Positions 1 through 12,812 of a stretch of DNA of 64,000 nt are shown in pieces. The number at the start of each line of letters is the position of its first letter. Positions within the stretch are counted from its first letter, which is position 1. Both the position numbers and the translations under genes were made by a program. A model generated the notes under the pieces. It did not search any database. It worked only from the letters and a program-made list of their open reading frames with translations, and was not told the origin of the DNA. The stretch is from Camelus dromedarius (Eukaryota), in contig NC_087472.1 of the NCBI RefSeq assembly GCF_036321535.1, positions 100,008,001 to 100,072,000 on the forward strand. Direction: 5' to 3'.

Positions 1-589
1 GTAAAAGATGGCTTGGGGTGATTTTCTATGGTGGTGTGTTTGCTCCTGAGTATCAAACCGCTCAATAAAAGGCTTTCTGTTCTCTGACAACAGGCCGTTT
101 TCTCCAGACACACGCCTTGTTTTTCCATCGTTAACAGTAGATAACAGTTTGGATGCCGCCAGAAGCATAGGCCTGTACTTGAGGGGCTTCTGGAACAGTC
201 TTCCGGCCACTCGCTGTTGGGCGCCACCTTAACCAAAACTTTATTGACCTGAAAGCTCTGTGGGTTGTTGGCTCCAGTACTCATTTCTCCTCTGTGTTCT
301 GTCTGCCTTTCTTCCCAGGCAGTGACTCCATGGTGATGGCTGTTGCTTTTCTTCTTTGCTCATTTTTCAGAATTACCGCTTTTCTCTGAGCCCATCTCTG
401 CTGTGTGACTGTCTTGTAAAAGTTGCTCCAGGCTCTCCAGTCCCCAAGCAAAGAGACGGGGCGGTTAACCTGCTGTTTTAAAAAGCTGTTGTCATTGAAA
501 CAGTCATTCTTTGTAACTAGATTCATAAGGAGGCATTATGATGATTGATTTTTTTAATTTATTCAATAAAATTCAATAACCGTAATAAT

Positions 590-727
590 GATTAAGCACT
601 TTATCTACATTTTTCCATTTAATCGTCTTAGAAAATCTATGAGGTACACATTATCTCCATTTCAGACAAGGAAACTGAGGTTTAGAGAGGTTAAGTAACT
701 TGCCCAAGATCACGGAGCTGGTAAGTC
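590..727 (-). mobile_element. MIR SINE fragment
   Basis: gaaactgaggtttagagaggttaagtaacttgcccaagatcac is the reverse complement of the MIR core. Confidence 0.85.
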
Positions 728-887
728 TGATCTTAGAGAGGATTCCTACTTAATGGTAATTCACTCTTACCACCAGATGCTACCATGAAAGGGGGAATGG
801 GTTGCTTTATTCCATTGTTCTGTCCCTAGCACCTAGCAAACGCATTGCATGTCGTACTTTTCTCCCTAAATCTGAATGTTTTTGGGG

Positions 888-1427
888 TTTTTTAATTACA
901 AATTTTTATTGTAGTTGATTTATAATGTCCATTTCAGATATACAGCAAAATGATTCAGTGATACATATACAAACATATATATATATATATTTTCTTTTCA
1001 GATTCTTTTCCATTATAGGTTATTACAAGAAATTGAATATAGTTCCCTGTGCTATACAGTAGGTCCTTGTTGTTTATCTATTTTATATATAATAATGTAT
1101 ATCTGTTAATCCCCAACCCCTAATACATCCCTTCCAGCCCTTCCCCTTTTGGTAACTATAGTTTGTTTTCTATGTTGGTGAGTCTGTTTTTGGTTTGTAA
1201 ATAGAATTTGTATCTTCTTTTTTTTTTAGATTCCACATGTAAGTGATATCATATATTTGTCTTTCTCTGTCTGACTTACTTCACTTAATATGATAATCTC
1301 TAGGTCCATCCATGTTGCTGCAGATGGCATTATTTCATTTCTTTTATAGCTGAGCAATATTTCATATGTGTGTGTGTGTGTGTGTGTGTGTATACACCCC
1401 ACATCTTCTTTATCCATTCATCTGTTG
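888..1427 (-). mobile_element. 5'-truncated L1 (cetartiodactyl type): 3' UTR and ORF2 end, with (TA)n and (TG)n
   Basis: Minus ORF reads NEIMPSAATWMDLEIIILSEVSQTEKDKY..SLTCGI (L1 ORF2 C-terminus). 3' UTR is shared with the copy at 7506-8205. Confidence 0.92.
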
Positions 1428-1469
1428 TAAATCTGAGTGTTCTTTGATGAATGTTGAATTTATTGTTGA

Positions 1470-1740
1470 CCGAACTAAATGATGAACATTGAGTACCTCT
1501 AGTGTGCAGGGCACATCACAGAATACAAGGATACCAAGACAGACTCCTTGCCCTGCAGCGCTTACAATCCCAGTCAGTTACACAGACACGTACATAAGCG
1601 GTCATAAGTAGAAGGCAGAGGGTAGTGAGTGCTGTTCCAGAGATTCAAAGTAAGTTCAGTAGGAACAGGGGAAAGTGAGAGAGAATTCCAACAATTGGCA
1701 TCCAGGATACTTTCACGGAAGGCACACAATTTGGGTTCAC
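1470..1740 (-). mobile_element. L2 3' fragment, degraded
   Basis: gaacattgagtacctctagtgtgcaggg...ccttgccctgcagcgcttacaatcccagt resembles the reverse-complement L2 tail. Confidence 0.5.
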
Positions 1741-2352
1741 CCTTTATTGTTTAATGTCTTAGTAACTAGTAACTGAAGTGCCCTGAGCTGAATTTGATCT
1801 CTTTTTGAAGGTCTCCGTTCTCGGAGCACCTTGGGGTCATCTTTCTAAGTATTCCGCTCTATGTCTAGAAGATGTAACCAAGGTAGTGCCTAAACTCTGA
1901 GTATATTTAGAAAATTCCTCTTTTGAATAAGTATGTGATGTGAACTCGTTCTTTCTAATAAAAATAAAATACAAAAACAATATCATTGAGTTTTTAACCT
2001 TTGATGCAGTTTTCTCTTCTCTCCTCCTGTAAAATTGGGGAGCCCAGATGAGGATTAAAGCCAGAGCTATCTAGCATTAGCCAGATGTAGAGATTGTTTT
2101 GATCAGCAGTAGGGTATCTTCCATAGAAGTAAAAGGAGCGTTTCCTGTAAGACTAAGGTGAGTTTCTGGACAAAGATGGGTTTTTTCTCTAACTCACCTT
2201 ATTACATGCTGTCTGCACCCCTGATTATTTTTGTGGTTGAATATTAAATATCAGGATATCAGAGCCTCAGGAGCAATTTTTTGCCATTCTAGTCAATATT
2301 CCTATGTAGAGAGAGGCTTGTGAGGAAAGACGAGGATACCCTAAGCCTTTGA

Positions 2353-2488
2353 AAAAAAAAACTGTGGTGAAATAAACATGACATAAAATTTACCATTTTA
2401 ATCATTGTTAAGTGTACAGTTCAGTGACAGTAACTACATTCACATTGGTACGCACCCATCACCACCATCCATCTCTAGAACGCCTTTC
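2353..2488 (-). mobile_element. Old L1MB-like 3' UTR, left part, split by a younger L1
   Basis: cataaaatttaccattttaatcattgttaagtgtacagttcagtg...caccaccatccatctctagaac is the L1MB-type 3' end; it resumes at about 3380. Confidence 0.85.
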
Positions 2489-3364
2489 TTTTTTTTTTTT
2501 TTTTAATTTAATGTATTTTTATTGAAGTATAGTCAGTTTACAATGTGTCTTTTTCTGGTGTACAGCACAATAGTTCAGTCATATAGGAACATACATATAT
2601 TTGTTTTTGTATTCTTTTTAACCAAGTTACTACAAGATATTGAATATAGTTCCCTGTGCTATACAGTATAAACTTGTTGTTTATCTATTTTATATATAGT
2701 AGTTAGTATATGCAAATCTTGAACTCCCAATTTATCCCTCCCAACGCCCTTTCCCCCAACCCAGTAACCATAAGTTTGTTTTCTGTCTTTGAGTCTGTTT
2801 CTATTTTGTAAATAAGTTTGTTTGTTTGTTTGTTTGTTTTTAAGATTTCACATACAAGTGTGATATCATATGGTATTTTTTCTTTCTCTTTCTGACTTAC
2901 TTCACTTAGAATGACATTCTCCGGGTCCATCCATGTTGCTGCAAATGGCATTATTTTATTATTTTTATGGCCAAGTAGTATTCCACTGTATAAATATACC
3001 ACAGCTTCTTTATCCAGTCATTTATCGATGGACATTTAGGTTGTTTCCATGTCTTGGCTATTGTAAATAGTGCTGCTATGAACATTGGGGTGCATGTATC
3101 TTTTTGAATTAAGGTTCCCTCTGGATATATGCCCAGGAGTGGGATTGCTGGATCGCATGGTAAGTCTATCTGTAGTCTTTTGAGGAATCTCCATACTGTT
3201 TTCCATAATGGCTGCACCAAATGACATTCCCACCAGTGTAGGAGGGTTCCCTTTTCTCCACACCCTCTCCAGCATTTATCGTTTGTGGACTTTTGAATAA
3301 TGGCCATCCTGACTGGTGTGAGGTGATACCTCATTGTAGTTTTGATTTGCAGTTCTCTGATAAT
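2489..3364 (-). mobile_element. Younger 5'-truncated L1 nested in L1MB, 15-bp TSD
   Basis: Poly(T) at about 2489-2504. ORF2 peptide [64 protein letters not shown] tctagaa(c/t)gcctttc at 2474-2488 and 3365-3379. Confidence 0.96.
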
Positions 3365-3632
3365 TCTAGAATGCCTTTCATCTTGCAAAACGGAAACTCT
3401 GTATCCAGTGACAACCCCTTCCTGCTGCCCCCAGCCCCTGACAATCACCATTCTACTTTATGTCTCTGTGAATTCTACTACTCTAGGTGTCTCACATGAG
3501 AGAAATCATACACTATTTTTTGTCCCTTTGTGGCTGGCTCATTTCACTTAGTGTAATGTCCTCAGGTTCATCTGTGTTGTACCATATATCAGAATTTCCT
3601 TCTCTTTAAGACTGAAAAATATTCCATTGTCT
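3365..3632 (-). mobile_element. Old L1MB-like 3' UTR, right part
   Basis: catcttgcaaaacggaaactctgta...cccagcccctgacaatcaccattctacttt...atttcacttagtgtaatgtcctcaggttcatc continues the interrupted element. Confidence 0.85.
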
Positions 3633-4634
3633 GCCCTAGCCTTTCAAGTAGCAGTTTGACTTGAAAACCGAGCAACAAAGCATTGCTCCAAGTATTACCT
3701 CTTTTCTGATGGAAACTATTTCATTTCCCTCCCTTACTGTGAAGGGCAGAAAAACTTCTCTCGAAATTCCTTTTGGGGGAAAGAAATTTACCATTTTTTG
3801 TCTCTAGCTTAAGACATTTATGGAGACATATTTGACTAAACTATTTACTTTAAATTTGTCCGATTAGAAAGATGCTTTTTCATATGTGTCAAGAGCTTCT
3901 TCTGTGCCTGTTTTTTTTTTTTTAATGTTTTCGTTTTCAGATGGTAGATTGATCGGTGTTTTAACAGTAAGCTAACTGTTCAAAACTACCACAGGCCTAT
4001 GATTTTTTTCACTCATGTCACCACGCCAGCATCAGAGACCTGAGAAACACATTCACTGTGATTCTTCACGTTAGAGTAGATTTTCCACTGTGCTTCCCTG
4101 AGCCTCTCTAATCAGGGTCTGAACGTAATGTTCTTCGTACACCATTGGCACTCATTGCCTCTGTAGAATGCATGTATGTAGACTCAGGAACATAACAGAG
4201 TTTGGGTGTTCTTCCATCTGTATTCACACCAATTCACAATCACTGATGTATCCCTGCTGTGACTACGAAGTATGGACAAGTTGACAGTGTAAATATTCCT
4301 CCAGCCTCTCTTCTACATCCTTAGTTTCACTGTGTGTTAATTGAATTTATACAGCTAACTTGATTGGGAAATTAGGACTTGGTCCATGTATATACAGCAG
4401 GTTTCACGTTAAAGCAGTAGATGAACAAAACTCCAACTGGCCCTGTGGTATTCACTCCTGCCATCCTGTCATTCTCTCTTCCTCATCGACATTCTTCTTA
4501 AATTCTCCAAATGCATCTAAAAGGAAAGTCTTATTAATCAAAAGGTAAAACTCATCCTCTGGTAGAAGAAAGATTTAAGATTTCCTTTTATCTGTCATAG
4601 CAGTGGAAAATGGTCTCTTTAAAGCATAATGATG

Positions 4635-4769
4635 GGAAGGAGGGTATAGCTCAGTGGTAGAGCACGTGCTTAGCATATATGAGGTCCTGGGTTCAATCCC
4701 CAGTGCCGCCATTAAATAAACAAACAAACAAACCTAGTCACCCCCTTCAAAAAACTACAAATGACAAAA
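4635..4769 (+). mobile_element. tRNA(Ala)-derived SINE (camelid vic-1-like)
   Basis: Pol III A box tagctcagtggtagagc, B box gggttcaatccc, A-rich tail. TSD aaagcataatg at 4621-4631 and 4770-4780. Confidence 0.9.
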
Positions 4770-5939
4770 AAAGCATAATGGCGAATTGTGTTTTTCCTAA
4801 GTAGTATATGAAATGGAAATTTACTTTGGCTTGTTTATTCTCTGTGAATAAGATGATCCTACAACAAAATAGCACGCAGGCTCCTTTCTCAGGAACAGTG
4901 GGGGTAAAATAGGAACAGGATTTTCATAGCCTGGCAGACGTTTGGAGAGCTGCCTTCTATGATTTTAGTGTTGTCTAAATGCACATCCTCCACCTCATTG
5001 AGCACTTAAGTAGGTTTTGATTCGTTTTTCAACACAGCATTTCCCCAGCACAAGTGGAAGCCCCTACTAAACCTTCAGAAAGTTGTTTTGCTTTAACAAA
5101 GAGACAATCCTACCCCTCCTGTGAATGTGTTGGATGGTTCTTTCTGGTTTTTCAGGGCATGGTCTCGTGAGGTATTCAAAAAGCAAAACAAATGAACCAA
5201 ATGATCAGATCCTGGCAGAAGTTCAAGTGCATGATAAATGCTATAATTTGGCTCAGATTGTCAGGTACACCTTTCTACTAATGCACATGTGTGTCTTAGA
5301 GCGTGTGTGTATGTGTGCATGTGTGTTTCATATACAAATACAGAACAGACTTCATATGTACATGTTCAGTAGAATGATAGATATTAAAGTTTCCATTAGG
5401 AAGATCAAAAGCATAAACCCTGGAAGACCTAAGGAAGCATCTAAGTTGGGATTAGGTGTTTTATATCCAGAGGAACTTTGCTGTTAGTCTTAAGAGGACA
5501 AGAGAAAGATGTCAGCCATTGAGAAACATGACAGGTTGCTGTAATTGGAAGTAAACCTTTAAATTTCTTCAGGGCTTTGGGAATTTACATGGATAGTCAT
5601 TGAGAAGCAGTATATATTCTGAGTGCTTTGAAGTAGACGTAGTAAGGGGTGATGGTGGAAGGTGATTAAAATTTGAGTCTATGGGAGAGCAAATGAAGTG
5701 CCTTGAATTGGGGAATAGAATCCTTGTCTAGAAAACTACTGAAATAATCCCTGTGATAGCAGCAAAGTCCTAGGCTGGGGTCAAAGAGTAAGGGATGAAT
5801 CTGAAAGCAGATGCTGGGTGGTGGGTTTGTTATGGGAAGGTGCAGTAAGAGAGTAGTCAAGGCAGGGCTCCAAGTGTGAGTCTAGGGGACAGAGAATTTA
5901 GGAAGCAGAGGTCGTGATGTGATGCTCACCCCACTATTC

Positions 5940-6125
5940 TGTAAACTACTCATTCTGGTGATACATTGATAGGTATCACAAGAAGTAGGACTTCTGTGTT
6001 CAGATGAGTTTAGAAAACACTGAGATAATGTTAAACAGTAACTACAGGACTTGTCAGAGCCTTTAATATGCTGTTATACAAGGATTAGAGCAAGTAGTCT
6101 GTGTTTCGCAAATTTATCAGATTGT
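5940..6125. mobile_element. hAT-Charlie MITE remnant (MER103C-like)
   Basis: caggacttgtcagagcctttaatatgct resembles recalled MER103C; boundaries uncertain. Confidence 0.45.
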
Positions 6126-6207
6126 GGTGGTAGGTGTTTTGGTGCTTGGTTGGTTGCTGGAACATCTTAGGAACAAACTTCGAAAATGATTTCAGAATAA
6201 GAGAATG

Positions 6208-6209
<2 letters not shown>

Positions 6210-6252
<43 letters not shown>

Positions 6253-6257
6253 CACGC
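6210..6257. repeat. Compound (GT)n(GC)n microsatellite
   Basis: 48 nt of unbroken purine-pyrimidine alternation, read directly. Confidence 0.95.
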
Positions 6258-7505
6258 CTGTGCATACACATACCTGAATGATAATGACCCCTCCAAGTAA
6301 GGGTCTTTTGATCATAATACATAAGAACTTGAGAGAGTGTGAAGGAGCAGGCTAGATGAGTATTTGAAAGTCATAGTCAGAGAGAGGTCCACCAGAAACA
6401 TGGCTGAGAATGGATTCTTCTTTATGGTGACCAATAATTAATAAGAGATCGGGGTCATGTGCATGAGAACAAGGGAGTAAGCAGAGGCAACAGAGGTCTA
6501 GGAAGACATCCTGGACAATGTGCTGTCACCAGAGACCAGGCTGGAAAGAGCAGGACAGTGACAAATAGTGGGGCTCCAAGAGGAGTCTAGTTTGTCAAGG
6601 AGGACAGCTCACCTCATTTACCTGTTGTGTTGTGGTAGGATGCTAACGCTAAGGCAAGGGTGAGTGGATGGCATCGCCAAATTCCCAGCTCCATTCAGCA
6701 GACAAGACACTTCCTGACCCTCAACTTTGTGGAGATAAGAGAATGATTAACATCTGTGTCCTCCTCTCAAGGAGGGCACTATTTCTGAAGAGAACGGGGG
6801 AGAAAAGCAGTTAAACTTCTAAGTGTACAGTTAACAAATGCTTCTAAAGCAATTCTGAATCTGACAAGGTCTTTAACTGTGATTGGGCAAAGAGGTTTAA
6901 TGTAACTTGAATTATCACTAACTTTTCAAGACAACCAGGGAAATAAATATTACATGAATAACTGGAAGTCTTAAGCCCAGCTTCATAATCAAAAGATTAC
7001 TTCTTACATTTTATTTTTTCTTATAGCCAAGTTTAAAATAGACTTATGTGAAGCATGCCTCTTTGGAGATGTCGGAATTAACACAGTGGTATGTAGGTAT
7101 TTCAAAGGTAACCTCTATCCCTAGAATGGTACCACAAATGTATTTTTCTTTTACTGGACCATGCATTTGATTTTTAGAATTTTGAGTTGTATTTTACTCT
7201 GGTGTATCTTCTGTTGATATCAAGTCGTTTAATTTAAGCTGGGCCAACCAAAAGCAGACGAATTGACAGTTACTCATGTAAATTTCCCAGCAAGTAGAAA
7301 AGCCTTCCATTAGAAGTGCACGGGTGCTCCGTTGTACAGAGACTCTCTTGTGCTAGTTCTCTTCTGGTCCTGACATCAGCTGGCTCGCAGGGCTTCTGCT
7401 CCGCTCCTACCACCCTCTGCTGAGCACCAAGAAGACTTTTCATAATACCACCAGTCATAGATATTCATGAAAGGAGTGTGTAAGAATAGATATAAAAAAG
7501 TTTAT

Positions 7506-8205
7506 AATTGGTGCAGCCACTATGGAGAACAGTATGGAGGTTCCTTAAAAAACTAAAAATAGAATTATCATATGATCCAGCAATCCCACTCCTGGGCATA
7601 TACCAGAAAAGACAAAAACTGATTTGAAAAGATACATGCACCCCAGTGTTCATAGCAGCACTACTTACAATCGCTGAGACATGGAAGCAACCTAAATCTC
7701 CATCTACAGATGACTGGTTAAAGAAGTTGTGGTATGTGTGTATGTATGTATGTGTGTGTGCAATGGAACACTGTTCAGCCATAAAAAATGAAATAGTGCC
7801 ATTTACAGCGACATGGATGGCCCTAGAGATGATCATACTAAGTAGGTCAGATAGAGAAAGACAAATATCATATGATGTCACTTATATGTGGAATCTAAAA
7901 AATGAGACAAATGAACTTATTTACAAAACAGAAACAGACTCACAGACATAGAAAACAAACTTAATGGTTACCAAAGAGGAAAGGGGGTGGGGATAAATTA
8001 CAAGTTTGGGATTAGCAGATACACACTACTACATATGAAATACATAAACAACAAGGACCTACTGTATAGCACAGGGAACTATATTCAATATCTTGTAATA
8101 ACCTATAATGGAAAAGAATCTGAAAAAGAGTGTATATATATATATATATCACTTTGCTGTACACCTGAAATTAACACAACATTGTAGATCAACTAACTTC
8201 AATTT
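7506..8205 (+). mobile_element. 5'-truncated L1, sense orientation (ORF2 end and 3' UTR)
   Basis: [51 protein letters not shown]. 3' UTR ends ..gctgtacacctgaaattaacacaacattgtagatcaacta. Confidence 0.93.
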
Positions 8206-10333
8206 TAAGAAAGTTCACAGTGAGTTTTAAATGCAGTTGTGAGTCTCTCTGAGTTACGGTGGTAAAGGAGAACCAAAAGGCTGTGCATATGGTCATATTC
8301 AGGTGCTGTTTCGTCTCTCTTCCCATCGCTGTCTCCTGTAACCTGTGTCTCTCTGTTTCTGTATATGACCAGGCTTTGGGATAACCATGCTTTCTTCTCC
8401 TTAGCATTACCCTATAATTGGAAACTTTTTTACACTCATAAGAGTTTGCATCTGAATTAGAATCAAGTCAGAGGATTTTGTGCTTGGTTTGAACAGGATC
8501 CTGGTCTCATGTTCCAGCAGTCATGAAGAGAAACAGATATATTAGTCATTAGGGAACTGGATTCCATTAGAGTAGAATCTAGTGATTGTCTTTCCTACAA
8601 GTATTAGTTTCTTCATTTTGGCACAGGGAAGAAAAAAAATTACTTGTTCCACTAACTGAAATCATATGTGGATTATCTTTTCCTAATGCTGTATTAGCAG
8701 CTCATACAGAGTTGAGAGTATATGTGATGCTCCTACTGTATACAAAACCACCACCCCCTCCCGAACTGCATTTAGTACTTTTGTCAAGCGAGCTAACAAG
8801 AGAGGGACTTCTGCTTTTAAATATTCAAAGGGAAGACTTTTTTGAATTATCTACTTTTTAGAATCGGGTTTTTTAAAAAAATCAAGCCTTAAATGGAGAT
8901 TAGGATGTGACAGGAGAGACAAAAGTTGACACCGACTTGGTGATTACTGTGGGTTGACGTAGGTTGTTAGTAATGGTCTCTAGAGCTCTCAGCTGCCTAC
9001 AGCCATCCATGTGTACATCCACTCCCAGACCAAGCAGCAGCTTCTGAGCTGAGAGGGGTGGTCAGACCAGAGTAACGCAGATGTGGGTACTGGGAAGTCT
9101 TTAGCCACGGCACAGAAAAGGAAACACTGGCCTGAGCTATAGAGCAGAGCCTGACCATCCTTCCTTCAGCAGGCATATGGTAAAATGGGCCTGTTGGCAG
9201 ACCTCTTGGGAGGTGAAAGAGCTGCGTCCTGAGCAGCATCGACACGCTGCCCCTCGGTATATGGCGCTTGCTTGTCCTGGATAAACCATCTTCTTTATGA
9301 TACCCAGGAGGGCAGGAACTCTGAACTGTGCCAAGGAAACCTCAAGTGGAGCTCCTGATCCTCTTCCAGAGCCACTGCAAGCCTAGCATCCTTCTTTACT
9401 GCCTGTAGGGTGATGAGAGATGTAGGGATATGATACTCTGATTTTCCTGTTCCCTCAGACCTGCACTGTGGTGGCCCTTCAGTTGTCTATGACCTCTGTG
9501 TGTACTGGAGCTAGGCCTCACTCTCATGACATGTGCCCTGTACAAGTTGGGGTTTCTGTTCATGTTTAGCCCAGTGGACCAAAAATATTTACAGAGGTAG
9601 GGAAGCTGGAAGCCTGGTGAGAAAGCAGTCATTCACTACCTTTTGTCTTTGTTCTTGTATTTAGAGGAAGGGCAGGGGGTAGAGGTTCTCAAATGGGGTG
9701 TTTGGAAAGATGTAGGGTGTTTGGGGTGGACACGAGATGAAGGAGCACTGTAGGCCATTGGTGAGCAGGAGCAAGGGTTGCTCACTGCCCTTCAGTGTGT
9801 GAGTCTACAATGAAGAAATGCCCTACCCAAGACGCCAGTAAAGGGAAACGCCACAGAGTAGCAGCAGAGCTTGGCTGTCCCGGAAGGTTGGTACCGTCAA
9901 GGGGGTCTGCCCACTTGGTCTTCAAGGTAGTCCGAGCCCTGAGAGGCTAGATGCAGTCTTCCATTTTTGATTCAAAACCACTCTTACCATCCATTCTTCC
10001 ATCTGTCCATCCGTCCTTTCAGTACTCCTTGGGAGAAGGGTCTCATGGCCACCTATGCTCCCCTCCTTTTCTCCCTCAGTCATATTGTCACATTGTCTGC
10101 TCTACTAAACTCCATTTCCTCTCTGAACTGACTCATTTACTGGCAATGACGAGTTCTCATGCCAGTGAAAAAGAGAAGGTGGAATGCATTTGGTGGAAGG
10201 AGGTAGAGAAGAGAGGAAGAAGAGTGGAGAAGATGTTCTATTATTTGTCTAAGTATGAGAATAGGTGCCTAACTTGTTTATCCAAGAAAAGGTATTTGGT
10301 TAGTGCTAATAGAATCTCTCCTACATCCACGTT

Positions 10334-10510
10334 GGTGGTTCTCAAACTGGAACATGCATCAGAATCTCCTGGAGGGTGTGTTCAGGCAGAGACTGCCAGG
10401 CACCATCCCCAGAGTTTCTGATTGAGAAAGGCTGGGGTGAGGCTTGGGAATTTGCCTTCCTAACAAGTTCCAGGTGATGCTGGTGCTGCTGGTCTGGGAA
10501 CCACACTTCT
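10334..10510 (+). mobile_element. MER5A-like hAT-Charlie MITE
   Basis: gtggttctcaaact..gcatcagaatctcctggaggg..taacaagttccaggtgatgctggtgctgctggtc..accacactt. Confidence 0.85.
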
Positions 10511-12812
10511 CTAGGTCTCGGTCCTAGAGAAGAGAAAAACACCTGAACGGCTCCCATCTCTGGGACCCTTGGAAGACCAGGCTGAGAGGGGAAGAACTTG
10601 CCTTACTCTGGACATTCAATCATGGTCCAGGAGGAAGAAGAAAGGAGTTAAGATCTAGCAGCCCCAGAAAATGAGTGCAGGATCAGCTTCACCCCCTACC
10701 CCGATATTGGGATCCACGCAGAGGCCAATGGGCTGTGTTTTTTGAAATAGCAAGAAAAAAAAACAATAGAGTAAGCTTTGCTTTCTTACGTCTTTCTGTT
10801 TGGAAGTAAGTGTACCAAACTGGTGGCCTTTCTTGATGTCTGTTGGCTTAGACGGCCTGGCAAATGAGGACACCAGAGATGGAGGGCAGCACTTCCTTTT
10901 GTTACTAAATAAGAGGGCGTCGTAAAAATACACAACCTGTGGAAGTTTCTCTAAAGGAAACATCTGGCTTAAAACCCAAACCATTGGAGGTCTCCCTTTT
11001 TTCAGGAAAGGAAACAAAGCTAAGGTTGGGCGTAGTGTTCACCGCTGTATTTTCCTGATTTCCTCTCCCTACTGTCAGTAATAATGGAAGTATTTGTTGT
11101 TTTTGTTTTCTTCTTCCTAATATGTTAACGATAGTGATGCTTTATTCTGGTTGCCAAAAGGGAAAAAGAGAACGATGGGGATACTGTTGGATGTGTGAAC
11201 AGAAATATGAATGACACTATGACAGCATCTATTTTGACTGTCAATTCCTGATTTTTCAAGATAATTCTCAGAACAGTTTTTCATCAAATTTAACCTTATG
11301 GCCAAATAACAAGCTTTCTTCCTCCTTGATGTTTCCTCGGAATCACACAGTGTGATTGGTTTGAGTACTTAGTGGCGGTTGAGGAATGGCATATTTGGGG
11401 TTTCATTTTTTATCCAATATAGAAAGCCCTGTGGCACTAAATAAAAATGTCACCGTGTAAAATGTAAAGGCTTTCTGTCACAAATGTTTTTAAAAATTCA
11501 CGAAGGGCTGAGGATTAGATTTATCTTACCCTCTTTCTGTGATTTATTCATCTTTAATGTTAGTTTCTGCATTTGAAGCATGAAGAACTTTTTCAAATTA
11601 AAAACTGTGGTGAATCCGTTGTATTTGAAGAAACATGTCAGCGTGCCAGATTTTGAATTATGCAGTTCATTCCTCTTCGTCTGTTCAAGGGGCAGATGTG
11701 TTTGGTTTTCCCAGTGGCTGGAATTCTCACTGGGGAAACTCTTAATTGTTGGGGAGGTTGATGCACGCAGCTGCTTGGTGTTGACAGCTGTTGCCCTGGT
11801 ATCGGTGGACATTTTCCTCAGGCATTAATCATGATCACCCACATGCGATGGCCAAGGAGAAGAGTGGGAGTAGACCTCACCTTTGGAGCCATCGTTTTGC
11901 TTGTCATCTTGTCTTTCGTTTTTGTTGCTTTGAGCAGCTGAGTTACCTGTGTTCGGGGGAATACCTTTAGTCAGAGACAATATCCAGTCTTTTCTAGGGA
12001 TGGTTCATAAATAGTGAGTGATAATGGAATTAGCTATGAATGAAGGAAAGGAAATGAACTCAAAACAAACTCATGTATTTTTTTTTTTAAACTACTGACT
12101 AGATGCTTCAGGTCTGCCACTTTGGCCTTTCCCAGAGCCCTGGTGGGGATGGGGGAGGGAGCTGCTGGCCCTCCTCGTTCCACCCTGGGGGCAGACAGAC
12201 CCGGCCTGGAGGACAGGAGCGTGTTTGCTCACAGCTGCAAGGCAGGTGGAACCGGAGATGGCTAGAAGGAGACACAACAAGGCACAGTTGCTCTGGACAC
12301 TCTGGCCTCTACCTGTCCTTCCTCCTGCGTGTCCATCTGTCTATCCTTCTGGCCGTCCATTCCTCCATCCCTTTTTCCTTTCTGTCTTTTTATCCCTTCC
12401 TTCTTCCTGCCATCCTTCCACACTGTAGGCACTTCCGAGCCCCTCCTCTGGGCTGGGTGCTGTGCCTCCAGAGATTCGGTCAGCTTCTCATAAAATGAGG
12501 GGAAATGTACTCATCTTCTCTACTGAACAGAATCAACCTTTTAATAAGCACCAAGGAGGAATGGGGATAAAAGGTACGGAGTGCCTGCAAGTATAAAGCC
12601 CTTTTTACCTGGTTTTCCCACTTATTTCTCACTGAGGTTCAGACCTGTTGAACCAGGGCAGCCAATACACAGAGCAGTACAGAAACTGAAGTGTACGCTT
12701 TTTAGGACCAGTTGTGAGCATTTCGTCATTATGATCTGGATTTTTTTTTTAATCCTCTGCTTAATGGAGAGAATCATCTTGATAAGTAAAATCCTCTTTT
12801 TTCCCCCCTCAG

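Noticed and set aside
2951..3451. 166-aa ORF as a protein-coding gene (also ORFs at 1226, 2703, 7646 and 39192)
   Set aside because: These are C-terminal remnants of L1 ORF2 in 5'-truncated copies, with no endonuclease or RT domain and no promoter.
4640..4712. Possible tRNA-Ala gene (also the minus copy near 14520-14590)
   Set aside because: No proper acceptor stem or oligo-T terminator; an A-rich tail and TSD mark it as a SINE.
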